Source: a bacterium
GTDB lineage: Bacteria > Cyanobacteriota > Vampirovibrionia > Gastranaerophilales > JBAXKC01
NCBI GenBank assembly: GCA_037137535.1
Contig: JBAXKC010000005.1
Coordinates: 1-64,000 of the forward strand
DNA length: 64,000 nucleotides
Reading direction: 5' to 3'
The notes beneath the pieces were generated by a model. That model was given only the letters and a program-made list of their open reading frames with translations, did no database searches and had not been told where the DNA came from. The translations under genes and the position numbers were made by a program. Positions 10,401 through 19,899 of the stretch are shown one piece after another (within the stretch, counting starts at the first letter, position 1; each line of letters starts with the position of its first letter).

Positions 10401-12021
10401 AACTGATTATGGTGGTAAAGAGGAAAAGCAACTTATTGAAGATACTGGATTTACTACTCAGTCTAATTATCGTTATTTTTATGGAACTCCTGCTTTATAT
10501 GCAGGTGGTAAACATGAAAATGAAGGTCCAACAATAGGTAATCTTAAAGCGAAATTTGATAATCCTAGCGATACTGGATATCCTGGTTTCTTACACTCTG
10601 GACCTCAAGATAATGTCAACTTCTCTCATGTATTCCAAAGTAACCATGATGCATCAAGAGTTTTAACAAAATTAGTGTTTAATTCTATAGTTGATCCTGA
10701 TGATAAATCAGACTATAAAGATAAATTAACAGGTGATCAAGAACACGATAACATTATGAAAATGAGAAATCAGATTTGTCGCTCTTTTGATGATGTTATT
10801 AAGACAAGTAAAGTGTTAAATCATTCAGAAGACTTTATAGCTCTAAATGATAATGAGAAAAAATTACTTAAAGATTCTATTGTTAAAATTGCTAATGAAT
10901 ATTCTGGTTATGACAAAGATGATATTGTTGTAGAAAGAGGAACAGAACAAGAAAAAATAAATAAAGTTGCAATGCAAAATAATTTTGCTTCAAGAGGAAT
11001 TGGTCATAACTTTGATGACATTATGAAAAAGCTAAAAACTGAAAACCCTGACCTTTATAAAAAAATAGAACCAAAACTTTACGAGTTAAAAAACGAAGTT
11101 AGTCAAAACTTCCTTGCTCCTGCTCTTAGTAAATATTTGACAATGCTTCCTTTAGTTGTTGCTTTACCTGGTTCCCCTACAATGTATCAAGGTGATGAAC
11201 TTGGTGAATTAGGTTTAGAATCTCAAGGTAAAAATATGTACCTATCAAATAGAAATCCTATTCCTTGGGATAAAATGAATGGTGACAATAAAGTCAACTT
11301 TATTGCTGATTTCCAAAGAAAAGTTCAAGATATTTATTCACTTAGACAAAAACCTGAATTATCTCCATTAGTTAATGGTTCAACTATTCCAATGAAGTAT
11401 GATGGTGATAATAATGATAATCAGAATAAACTTGGGTTTTCTCTGAATGTTTTATATAGATATAATCAAGAGCGAGATGTTATTGCTGTATTAAACAGAA
11501 ATGGACTAGGTGCAAAAAGAAGTGAATCTGAAGTTAAATCTTATAAAGTTGAAGGTGGATTAGTTCTGAATGATGAAAAGAATGATGCATTTAGAGGCTG
11601 GGGCACTTCTTATGAAAAAAAATCTAACTATGTAGGACTAACAAATGATACAACTTATATTCCGATTATCATAGACAAAGATGGCAATCAAATCAGTTAT
11701 AATAAAAAAGATATTCAAGACAATATTACAAACAAAAAGATTGCTAATCTTCCTGAAGGTATAACTTTAACATCATCAGATGCTGAAATTGATAGGGTTA
11801 TCAATAATATGAAATTCAAAACAGTAAAAGAAGGAAATACATATAAACTTGTTCCTGCAAACGGTAATAAAGACTTCAGCGTTGATGGTTCAGCAATGTA
11901 CTTCTACAGAGAGAATACTTTCCAAGAAGAAGCTGACAAAAAAGAAAAAAACAAGATAAGTTTCACAGGTAAATATGGTTCATTAAAACCAGGAATGAAA
12001 AATGTAAACATTAGCGGATAG
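7495..12021 (+). CDS. Very large GH13 (alpha-amylase family) enzyme with long insertions
   Basis: MYHLMPDNF, GGTLKGISEKLDYLKDFGV, SNHGYW, catalytic WRIDAAKD / IGEV / SNHD, LPGSPTMYQGDE, NRNPIPW. Confidence 0.88.
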   Translation: MVDIQQNRLKLNLNGEMKLNQKRGIENKQKPDNVAFTGHQLKINDKGNKEFHFYLPVASDKKENAKLVVKLAEELANGQYKIIKDVDSKELTKDGGLKSWAVDVKETFGKEEKSANNNKLRLLYKFEVDNNEVLDKTLSTNVDGQDFNVATLHTRAVIETPHSMYHLMPDNFNPKFATYTKANAEKVNAGSGLYIRNSNGTFLKVADENVANLKGKDTQFYVRNESNPKIDNKENYIDYAVRQHYFNKFGGTLKGISEKLDYLKDFGVSRILSTPVFGQDQISNHGYWTTNPYQITQTVGTHNSFMDINKQLYTKGMAWVADGAFVNEGWEGIHINNITKWGDKSPFFHWFETFDFPMHPLKAGLLPENDEAYKNCAIKVINSPIDIKLNSKGEYEDKKGEANKSYDPTKPTYIQLLDRRFATKEQMQSNEPIRKYDNMAPVNPATGEAIDPNEVKTWKDGVQPVLMEVPASEVKEKFTKEDGLVSILRSVLDLIPGDIGTLIFGKPKVTQPSLEKLKQWQDAHLEIQQADKSGGTTLWVGNKDIHKLRFMLPNDKTAELSKKVGLDTLNKSTAQVQDYILQVGKYWTDEVDKTITQYTADKIGEKLSNDADYKAAEAIQTPDKKAEAKAKATLKVIKSMADDKTLPAKLNTQLNEAMLVNFFKDEYNLKLPKAENITDGLMSYPLDAIEFPREICGILSTPFIKKLANDHDETSKSRYQISTNPELMKTRSPIYKKMDKVYSEDMKNRTLKILNQLPKETLDKLIDPKTKDIKDTDEAKMAFRIIAGDISKYITVKALTNHKLGFDEKNPDKGIDLTHDGSKFLSADIDAQKPVDNPYKGLHDDFYKYTKLITTTPESEADSLVDALKTGINNDSRFGDSQDFAKYLEAKLKNVMDKDVLPLAKLCVDRSESGLEWRIDAAKDVADMDSKIEGKSKLEDLAVGTAKFWKKFNETVRDINPRAYTIGEVTDYGGKEEKQLIEDTGFTTQSNYRYFYGTPALYAGGKHENEGPTIGNLKAKFDNPSDTGYPGFLHSGPQDNVNFSHVFQSNHDASRVLTKLVFNSIVDPDDKSDYKDKLTGDQEHDNIMKMRNQICRSFDDVIKTSKVLNHSEDFIALNDNEKKLLKDSIVKIANEYSGYDKDDIVVERGTEQEKINKVAMQNNFASRGIGHNFDDIMKKLKTENPDLYKKIEPKLYELKNEVSQNFLAPALSKYLTMLPLVVALPGSPTMYQGDELGELGLESQGKNMYLSNRNPIPWDKMNGDNKVNFIADFQRKVQDIYSLRQKPELSPLVNGSTIPMKYDGDNNDNQNKLGFSLNVLYRYNQERDVIAVLNRNGLGAKRSESEVKSYKVEGGLVLNDEKNDAFRGWGTSYEKKSNYVGLTNDTTYIPIIIDKDGNQISYNKKDIQDNITNKKIANLPEGITLTSSDAEIDRVINNMKFKTVKEGNTYKLVPANGNKDFSVDGSAMYFYRENTFQEEADKKEKNKISFTGKYGSLKPGMKNVNISG

Positions 12022-12042
12022 CCAATCGATTATTAAAATTAT

Positions 12043-12080
12043 AGAAAGCAGGAATATAGACTTCCTGCTTTCTGTTTTTT
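12043..12080 (+). terminator. Intrinsic terminator
   Basis: AGAAAGCAGGAA...TTCCTGCTTTCT followed by a T run. Confidence 0.8.
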
Positions 12081-12118
12081 ATACTTAATTTTTAGTTCTA
12101 AAATTATATTGAGATAAA

Positions 12119-13876
12119 ATGAGCAGAAATTATAAGAAAAATATATTAAATAAACATAAGTTTAATATCATAAATCATCATTTTGAATTTAATGAATTAC
12201 AGCCCGATATTACTCATTATGAAGATTATAAAACGGCATTATTTGCGGTAAATAAAGTTCTTGATATAAAAGTCCCAGCAAAACGCTTAGATAAATATAT
12301 TTTATATAAGTTTGCAATGGAATGCTCCGTTGCGTTATCAAATCCTCTTATTAATTTAGTTATTAATTCCGAGAAAAGCTTTTTAAATCTTAGAAAAATA
12401 CAGGATAATAAGACTTATGCTGATGCAATTCTTAAAAAAGAGAAAAAATGTGACCTTAATAGAGTAAATAACTTTAAAATACTATATAAAAAGTTTAAAA
12501 ATGAGCAAACAGAAGAAACTTTTCGAGAAGTTGAGAGTTTAATTGAGGAATATTTTACTTTTCCTGAAGAGGATAAATCGGAAATATTTGATTTTAATAT
12601 AAATCTTTCTAGTATTGATTTCAGTTATTATAATAAGGATTATCAAAGAACAGCCGAATATATTCATAACACATGGAAAAAATTAGCTAAGCAAACAGCA
12701 AAAACTTCTTATAGTTCGCTTATTCCGTTGCCAAAACCTTTTATTGTCCCTGGGGGTAGGTTTAGAGAGATTTATTATTGGGATAGCTTTTATACAATTA
12801 TAGGTTTGCTGATTTCAAAGCTCGATTATATGGCAAAAAATATGGTTGATAACTTTTTGTATCTGGTGGAATATTTGGGCTTTATCCCCAACAGTAACCG
12901 AGTTTATCATCTAAGTCGCTCTCAACCACCGTATTTAGCGGAAATGATTGAAACTATCCGCCCTAAATGCTCAAAAAAATGGCTAAAAAGAGCTTTTAAC
13001 TTAGCAAAAAAAGAATATTTTTATTATTGGATGAATCCACAGACTAATTACCTCGAAGGGTATGGGCTTAATAGGTATTTTGATCCTGTAAATCAAGCCA
13101 GACCTGAAAGTTATGGTTCTGATAATGTAAATAGTTTTATTGGCTATGACTATTATTCTCATGAACGAAGTGAATGCGAGTCAGGATGGGATTTTACACG
13201 AAGATTTCATGATAGGGCTCATGATTTTATTCCTGTTGATTTGAATTGTTTGTTATATCGTTATGAAAAACTTTTTGAAAAATGGTCATTGTTATTCGGT
13301 AATTTTGATGAGGCCAAATATTGGAAAAATAAAGCAATTCAGCGTAAATCTAATATTAATAAATATCTTTGGAATGAAAGCGAAGGGCTTTATTTTGATT
13401 ATGATCTTATAAAACAAAAGCATTCGGATTTTAAATCATCAGCAGGTTTTATGCCCTTAAAAATGAAAGTTGCAGGAAAATTGCAAGCTGAAAAAGTTAG
13501 AAAAAATATAGTCGAAAAATTTGAAACTGATAATGGTGTTGTATCTTCCTATGGTATTTATGAGCAATCTTCTTACTGCAAAGAACCCTCTGAATACCAA
13601 TGGGATAGCCCTAATGGTTGGGCTCCTATTCAATTTATTACTGTTTATGGGCTTTTAAATTATGGTTATGAAGAGGATGCTAAAAGAATTGCTAAAAAAT
13701 GGCTTGATTTTAATACAAGAATTTTTCTGACAACCGGAAGTATGTTTGAAAAATACAACGTAATACAAGGAAGTGCAAAGGCTGAAACAAGCTATCCTCA
13801 ACAAACAGGTTTTGGTTGGACAAATGGAGTTTATCTTGATTTTTTATCAAATTTCATAGATAAAGCTGATAAATAA
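12119..13876 (+). CDS. Alpha,alpha-trehalase (GH37)
   Basis: PGGRFREIYYWDS, SRSQPP, RPESY, CESGWDF, QWDSPNGWAP, FEKY, GFGWTNG; no signal peptide. Confidence 0.93.
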   Translation: MSRNYKKNILNKHKFNIINHHFEFNELQPDITHYEDYKTALFAVNKVLDIKVPAKRLDKYILYKFAMECSVALSNPLINLVINSEKSFLNLRKIQDNKTYADAILKKEKKCDLNRVNNFKILYKKFKNEQTEETFREVESLIEEYFTFPEEDKSEIFDFNINLSSIDFSYYNKDYQRTAEYIHNTWKKLAKQTAKTSYSSLIPLPKPFIVPGGRFREIYYWDSFYTIIGLLISKLDYMAKNMVDNFLYLVEYLGFIPNSNRVYHLSRSQPPYLAEMIETIRPKCSKKWLKRAFNLAKKEYFYYWMNPQTNYLEGYGLNRYFDPVNQARPESYGSDNVNSFIGYDYYSHERSECESGWDFTRRFHDRAHDFIPVDLNCLLYRYEKLFEKWSLLFGNFDEAKYWKNKAIQRKSNINKYLWNESEGLYFDYDLIKQKHSDFKSSAGFMPLKMKVAGKLQAEKVRKNIVEKFETDNGVVSSYGIYEQSSYCKEPSEYQWDSPNGWAPIQFITVYGLLNYGYEEDAKRIAKKWLDFNTRIFLTTGSMFEKYNVIQGSAKAETSYPQQTGFGWTNGVYLDFLSNFIDKADK

Positions 13877-13992
13877 CTCGAGTCGCTAATTCAAATTATC
13901 AAAAACAGCCCATAGCCAACCATCAGTGGCAAAGAGGCTATACCTCTTTTGCATTTCTAAATATTTTTGATAATTTAAAACTTAATAAGAAT

Positions 13993-15615
13993 TTATTTTC
14001 TGTTTTTAAGCTGATCTTCAACTAATTTTCTTGATTCAGGCGGTATTAATCTTTTGCAGGTATCCCAAATATAGGTAAAACTTTTACCGTTAGTTTCGTG
14101 GTTTACGTTGTCATATAAGCAATAGCCTTGTTCACCATTGGTATTCGCTGCAATTGCATCATTAAATCTGCAATATCCGCAATTTAAGCAAACTTTAAGA
14201 TTAAATCCTTTGTCGTTTAATTTACGGATTATTTCTTCAAGAGCGTGATCAATTCTTGGATAAATTGCACTTGGCAATTTTTTTTCTCTGAAAATAAAAT
14301 TAATTTGATTTTCTTTATCGCCTTTAACAAGTTCCAGTTTGCATTTTAATTCTTTTCTTCCGTCTGTTAAGGTTGCATCAATTTTTTCATATAAATCTTC
14401 AACAATTTTAGTTTTAGCTTTTTTCTTGAAAAGTGTTTTCAAACTTATGTTAAAGCTAAAGCCCTGTAATGTAGATAAAATTAGGATAATTGGGTTGAAA
14501 ATCAATAGCATTAAGGCACTTTTATAATCTGTAAATCCAGAGCGAGCTACTATCAACTCAGTAAATTTTATAAAAGCATAACTTAATATTGCTAATAAAA
14601 ATATTTTGTCATGAATTATATGTGAAAATTTTAAATTTGTATAATGGGCTCTAATAAACCATAAAAGAGAAGTTAGGCCTAAATATACTATTCCTGATGG
14701 AAATATAAGAGAGGTTAAAAGTTCTTTCGCCTTTAGGCTAAAGTTTCTACAATAAAGAACTTCAAGATTATTCTTAAAGGTAGTGAATTTTTTATATCTT
14801 CTTATATATTCGTCTAATTTTGCTGAGGTTAAAGATTCGGAATATTTTCTTAAAACTTGTATATCCTGACAAAATGCGATTTTTATTTTATTTTTTGCAA
14901 GTTTAAATGAATATTCGTATTCTTCAAAACCGTTGTCTGTTATGTTGTAAATATAATTTTCTGCAATATTTTGTTTAATTGCAAAAACGTCACTATCGAT
15001 TATATTATATAATCCTGCATAATATCGTCCATGAATATTTACTCTATTTCTGATTTTATTTTTAAAGCAAACTAATTGAGTAATTAAATCGGGATAATTA
15101 TTTAATGGAACGGTATCACCCATAACAACAGGTTTATCAATAATTGCAGTATTTACGTTTGATAAAAAGTCAGGCTTTACAAGACAATCTGAGCTTAAAA
15201 ACACATAAGCATTACTTGTTTCGGTAGTTACAATCCTTTCCATTAACCATGCAAAAGATTTGTATTTACCGATTGGCCCAACATCGGTTTTTATTCTCCA
15301 AATGCGGCAGCCACCAAGTATTTCAAGGAGTTTTGAGCTGTTGTCCGTGCAATTATCTAAAATAACGTTTATAGAAAATTTATCTTTTTCATAATTTTGC
15401 TTTTTAAATGCTTCTATCAGCTCGATTATACCTGAAGCATTATTGTGCGAATATATTACAACAGAAAGGTTTTGAGAGTATTTAGGCTCATAATCCCTTT
15501 GCATAATATCTTTTATATGCCCTTTTGATGAACAAAGCACTATTAATAGCTTATAAAGCAAATAATAGGCAATATAAGCAAAAATACACCAGCTTAAAAT
15601 TTCTATAAAGATCAT
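13993..15615 (-). CDS. GT2-like membrane protein with degenerate catalytic motifs, fused to a Cys-rich C-terminal domain
   Basis: N-terminal TM; SVVIYSHN, LDNCTD; FLSSD in place of DxD; EYIRRY in place of QxxRW; further TMs; tail CLNCGYC...GYCL...WDTC. Confidence 0.7.
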   Translation of the reverse strand: MIFIEILSWCIFAYIAYYLLYKLLIVLCSSKGHIKDIMQRDYEPKYSQNLSVVIYSHNNASGIIELIEAFKKQNYEKDKFSINVILDNCTDNSSKLLEILGGCRIWRIKTDVGPIGKYKSFAWLMERIVTTETSNAYVFLSSDCLVKPDFLSNVNTAIIDKPVVMGDTVPLNNYPDLITQLVCFKNKIRNRVNIHGRYYAGLYNIIDSDVFAIKQNIAENYIYNITDNGFEEYEYSFKLAKNKIKIAFCQDIQVLRKYSESLTSAKLDEYIRRYKKFTTFKNNLEVLYCRNFSLKAKELLTSLIFPSGIVYLGLTSLLWFIRAHYTNLKFSHIIHDKIFLLAILSYAFIKFTELIVARSGFTDYKSALMLLIFNPIILILSTLQGFSFNISLKTLFKKKAKTKIVEDLYEKIDATLTDGRKELKCKLELVKGDKENQINFIFREKKLPSAIYPRIDHALEEIIRKLNDKGFNLKVCLNCGYCRFNDAIAANTNGEQGYCLYDNVNHETNGKSFTYIWDTCKRLIPPESRKLVEDQLKNRK

Positions 15616-15711
15616 TAATAGTTACCGTATTGTATACCTGTTATATGTTATTTTACCTAAAATTTAGCGCTTATGATTACTCTGTATGCTGTATCTATTA
15701 GAAAAGCAATT

Positions 15712-16398
15712 TTAAATTTGGTCAATTTGCGGGAAAACGTAAATTCTTCCGTTATCTCCTCGCCATCTTATCCAGCCTACTGGTGTGGCTTTGTTGAAAT
15801 CAATTATTTTAACCATCATCCAATTACCTCGAATGTAAACAAGATTTATGTCTTTTGCCCAGTAATAATCGTTTCTTAGGAGTTGTCCATTTTCATCGGG
15901 GGCAGTTCTTACTTTTTTAAGGTTTGCAGGAGTTCCTGAAAAAATATAAATACCATATTTTTTCCCATATTCCTCCATGAATTCTTTCCATGTATAAAAT
16001 TTTCCGCCACTATCTTTTTTTATCCAGCCTTTTGCCCCTGAAGTTTTATCATATAAAACTTCATAGGCCTTATCTGTTTCATCTGTAACGATCATTAATG
16101 CTATTTTATTTTCAGGCTTGAATGCTAAAAACATGTTTTTAGAGCCCAGATTATTGGGTAAACAGTCAAAGCTCATTTCATCCCATTTTGCTTCTACTAC
16201 TTCATTTGCATCATCGTCAGCATCGGCATAAATTTTTATGTCTTGTGGTGCAAAGTATAAACCCATTCCAAAGTTATTTATTCCATCGCCGCTTCCAGGC
16301 AAATAACCATACGCTAAAACAATATTTTGATTGAATAGACAACATATAAATAATAATAGCATTAATACTTTCTTAGCTTTTTTAAAACAATTAAACAT
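15712..16398 (-). CDS. Exported hypothetical protein with SH3-like segments
   Basis: Sec-type signal peptide; repeated ..GWI.. segments (AKGWIKK, PVGWIRW) and VRTAPD. Confidence 0.6.
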   Translation of the reverse strand: MFNCFKKAKKVLMLLLFICCLFNQNIVLAYGYLPGSGDGINNFGMGLYFAPQDIKIYADADDDANEVVEAKWDEMSFDCLPNNLGSKNMFLAFKPENKIALMIVTDETDKAYEVLYDKTSGAKGWIKKDSGGKFYTWKEFMEEYGKKYGIYIFSGTPANLKKVRTAPDENGQLLRNDYYWAKDINLVYIRGNWMMVKIIDFNKATPVGWIRWRGDNGRIYVFPQIDQI

Positions 16399-16501
16399 AA
16401 AAATCCTTATATATAGGCTGATTATTTCGATAAATCAGAGTCTTACCCAGCTTTGTTTCTTCCTATTTAATTATAGCAATTAGTTACAGCATCTAACAAG
16501 T

Positions 16502-16533
16502 ATTAACGCTGCATTTAATTGTGCAGCGTTAAT
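16502..16533 (-). terminator. Hairpin downstream of the maf gene
   Basis: ATTAACGCTGCA...TGCAGCGTTAAT. Confidence 0.55.
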
Positions 16534-16551
16534 TTAACTTATTATTTGACG

Positions 16552-18405
16552 TTAGACTGTTTCTATTAATCCAATTAATTCTTCACATGCTTTAATAAAG
16601 GTTTCAAATAAATCTTTTTCTAAAAACATATTGTGTTTAATATCTTCCAGTCTTGGCAGAATTGCCATTTTATATTTTTTTGTATAATCCAGCAATTCAC
16701 CTTGTAAATAATTGGATAAAAATACATTTTTTATTACTTTATCTCTTGTTTCACTCATTTCAAGTTTGATATTTTCAATTTTTGCTTGTAATAAGTTATT
16801 TTGAAGTTCTTTATTACCAAACATTGTACAAATTTGCTTTAATTCATCATAAATTATCTTAGATGAGTTTTCTATGTCTATTAATTCTTGTTTCTGACTT
16901 GAGAATGATTCTTTTATATTAATTAAAGCCTTATTCCATCTTTGATTATTGTCTTCAGAAACTGTTTTTATTATTGAATTTATATCAATGTTGTTTAATT
17001 CTACTTCTTTTATTGCCTCTTCGAGGTTAATATATTCCATTCCTTTGATATAAGCACCTTTTAAAGAAGTGTTTATTATTGTTTCATTCTCTGTCTTTTT
17101 AGAGAAAATATCTTCAAAATGTCTTATAAAGGAAGCGTAATCATCTCTTGAAGGAATATTATTTCCTTCTTTATCTTTTACAATAACTAATTTTTTTGTA
17201 ATCGGTGTGGTGTAGCCTAAATCAATTTCACCTTTTTCATTAACTTTTAGTTCTGTGCCATGAGCATAAATTTTATTATTTATAAAAGCAAGGTCTAATC
17301 CTGTAAATATAATTTTTTTGCACCCTAAGACTTTTGCAAAGGCATAACACATTATTGCTACAGTTCCACCAGATTCATAAAGACCAAGTTCATCTTTTGA
17401 ACTATCTTTTATCCATCTGCCAATTTCATCGGTTCTTGTGTAGTAAAGAGTTTTTGATTTGAATTCTTTTGTAAAAAGATGGTTGTCAGCTCTTGATGAT
17501 ACTAACATATTGTTTTGTTTCAAGTATTCCTGATCTGCCTTAAAATCATTAAATCCATCTACAAGTGTGAACATTTTTTCTGCATCTGCAAATGCCATAA
17601 AGTCAGGTATAAAGTTTTGTTCCTGTAAAAATTTTATTGCCTGTCCTACAGCGATTACAACGAATTTTTCTCTATTTTCTTTTATAAGTTCAAAGTTTTC
17701 TGCCAAGGAAGGACCTGATGCTAATATTAATGCAGGTTTTTCTGTTAATTTATCTGCTAAATAGCCTGCTGGCATTGCTTTTTCGTAAGATTTTATATTT
17801 GTTATCGAGTTTTTTGTCCAAGTTTTACAAAGATTAAAGATAGTATTTTGATCTACTGACCTTCCTTCACATATTTCTAATGCTTTAGCTGTCAGTAACA
17901 TTAATTCATCTGTTGCAAGTTTTGCATAAGAATTTAAGAATAAAAATTCTACTTTATCACCTTGTAAGTATTCATTTGCCAGTTTTTCAAATAATTCATC
18001 AAGATTATTTGTTATAAATACTCTGTCGTCTGAAAATTCTTTTGAAAAGTCAACATATTCAAGTATAAATCTTAAAACTTCGATAAAAGGTTCATAAAGG
18101 TAAATTCTTGAGGTTGAGTTAATGTAAGCTCTTTTGAATAAATATCCTAATCCAAGCCCAAAAACAATTTGTATATCTTTAGCTTTTAATTCACTTCTTA
18201 CATTTTTATTCCATGTAAACATTGCTTCTCTAACAGGATCTTTTTGATCATGTAGCAATTCGCCATTATAGCTTATAATTATATCTTTTGAATCGGCTTC
18301 GAATACTTCTATTTTTTTGCTTATTTCTGTAATATTAAGCTCTTTTAATTTTTGCGCAAGTTCAGGATTTTTAGCAGTTAAAACTTTAAGATTATTTTCA
18401 AACAT
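16552..18405 (-). CDS. Motility-associated factor (Maf, DUF115/MAF_flag10) flagellin glycosyltransferase
   Basis: MFENNLK, VFGLGLGY, ILASGPSL, PDF..FAD, GGTVA, GLDLAF, INTS..GAYI; neighbours a NeuB-family gene. Confidence 0.85.
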   Translation of the reverse strand: MFENNLKVLTAKNPELAQKLKELNITEISKKIEVFEADSKDIIISYNGELLHDQKDPVREAMFTWNKNVRSELKAKDIQIVFGLGLGYLFKRAYINSTSRIYLYEPFIEVLRFILEYVDFSKEFSDDRVFITNNLDELFEKLANEYLQGDKVEFLFLNSYAKLATDELMLLTAKALEICEGRSVDQNTIFNLCKTWTKNSITNIKSYEKAMPAGYLADKLTEKPALILASGPSLAENFELIKENREKFVVIAVGQAIKFLQEQNFIPDFMAFADAEKMFTLVDGFNDFKADQEYLKQNNMLVSSRADNHLFTKEFKSKTLYYTRTDEIGRWIKDSSKDELGLYESGGTVAIMCYAFAKVLGCKKIIFTGLDLAFINNKIYAHGTELKVNEKGEIDLGYTTPITKKLVIVKDKEGNNIPSRDDYASFIRHFEDIFSKKTENETIINTSLKGAYIKGMEYINLEEAIKEVELNNIDINSIIKTVSEDNNQRWNKALINIKESFSSQKQELIDIENSSKIIYDELKQICTMFGNKELQNNLLQAKIENIKLEMSETRDKVIKNVFLSNYLQGELLDYTKKYKMAILPRLEDIKHNMFLEKDLFETFIKACEELIGLIETV

Positions 18406-18415
18406 GTCTACCCCT

Positions 18416-18898
18416 TTAATTATCTAATATTAAATCTATAACTTCTCTAAAAGCCCCATCACCTGCTTGAGCGTTTGTTATATAAATGCCTTCCAACTTT
18501 TGGACTTTATAATTTGCCCCTGGAACAGTAACAGCAACGCCTGCAACTTCAAGTGCGGATATGTCGTTAATATCATCGCCAAGATAACAGACGTTTTCAG
18601 GTTTTAAGTTGTATTTTTCAATAATTTCATTTAACGCTAGAGCTTTATGCTTGATTCCTTTATGAACGTCCTCAAGTTTAAATCTACGAGAAATATTATC
18701 AATTATCGGACTGTCTTCACCCGAAATAATACCTACTGTCAATCCGTTTTTCACAGCAAGAGATAGTCCCATTATGTCTTTGAAGCTAACTTTTTTTACT
18801 TCTTCATCGCTGATAGAGGATAAATAAACTCCACCATCAGTTAATATGCCGTCAAAGTCTGTTACTATAAGTTTAATTTTGTTAAATTTATTTAGCAT
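18416..18898 (-). CDS. KdsC/YrbI-family HAD phosphatase
   Basis: TDFDGILTDG, IISG, YLGDDINDI, GDGAFREV. Confidence 0.9.
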   Translation of the reverse strand: MLNKFNKIKLIVTDFDGILTDGGVYLSSISDEEVKKVSFKDIMGLSLAVKNGLTVGIISGEDSPIIDNISRRFKLEDVHKGIKHKALALNEIIEKYNLKPENVCYLGDDINDISALEVAGVAVTVPGANYKVQKLEGIYITNAQAGDGAFREVIDLILDN

Positions 18899-19775
18899 TA
18901 ATCGGATTACTCACCCTTCTAAGCTTTTTAATTATTGGTTTTTCGCTATCGAATACATGTTTATGTCCATCACCTAATAATGAAGGGATTTCTCTTATAT
19001 CTCTAAGCAGTCTGTATAAGCCCTGTCCTTCAAGACTTGCTGCATGGTCAGAGCCCCACATTGTTCTATCAAGTGTTATATGTCTTTCAACTGATACTGC
19101 ACCAAGCACAACTGCAATAACTGTTGGAGTTACGCCTTTTTCATGTCCGCTATAACCGATAGGAAGGTTTGGATATTTTTCTAAAAATTCTTTGATAACT
19201 AATAAATTTGCTTCATGGTTATCTGTTGGATAGGTAGAAGTACAGTGGTAAAGAACGACTTCATCTCCCAGTAATTCTAAAGCATGGTCAATTTCTTCAA
19301 GTGTGCTCATTCCTGTTGAAAGCAAAATAGGTTTGCCTTTAGCTTTTGTGTGTTTTAAAAGATTGTCGTCTGTTAATGATGCAGATGAAATTTTATAACA
19401 AGGCGGATTAAATTGATCTATAAAATCGACTGATGCTTCATCCCAGCAGGAAGCAAACCATAGAATTCCTCTTTGTTTGCAATATTCGTCTATTTCTTTA
19501 TATTCTTCATAGCCAAATTCAAGACCTCTTTTCAAATCCCCGTTTGTTTCACCAAATGGATTTGGTCTTGGCATTTCCAATTCTTTTTGTGTATAAACTA
19601 CTTCTACAGTTCTTTTTTGGAATTTAACAGCATCACATCCGCAAGAAACAGCACTATCAATTAATTTTTTAGCTATTTCTACGCTTCCGTTGTGATTTAT
19701 ACCAATTTCAGCAATGACAAAGCATGATTGACCCTCGCCAACTATTTTATTGCCTATTTTTATAGATTTTCTCAT
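18888..19775 (-). CDS. NeuB-family nonulosonic acid synthase, short form
   Basis: IAEIGINHNG, DAVKFQKR, STGMS, HCTSTYP, GYSGHE, ERHITLDR. Confidence 0.92.
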   Translation of the reverse strand: MRKSIKIGNKIVGEGQSCFVIAEIGINHNGSVEIAKKLIDSAVSCGCDAVKFQKRTVEVVYTQKELEMPRPNPFGETNGDLKRGLEFGYEEYKEIDEYCKQRGILWFASCWDEASVDFIDQFNPPCYKISSASLTDDNLLKHTKAKGKPILLSTGMSTLEEIDHALELLGDEVVLYHCTSTYPTDNHEANLLVIKEFLEKYPNLPIGYSGHEKGVTPTVIAVVLGAVSVERHITLDRTMWGSDHAASLEGQGLYRLLRDIREIPSLLGDGHKHVFDSEKPIIKKLRRVSNPINAK

Positions 19776-19899
19776 TTAATTTTAACCTCATACTCGCACA
19801 TTACAGGTTTTACTATACTAACATAGGAGTATGAGTATTATCTTGATTTAAATAGTGTATAATTTTTTGCTGATTTATTTGAATACTTGTGATTTAGAG

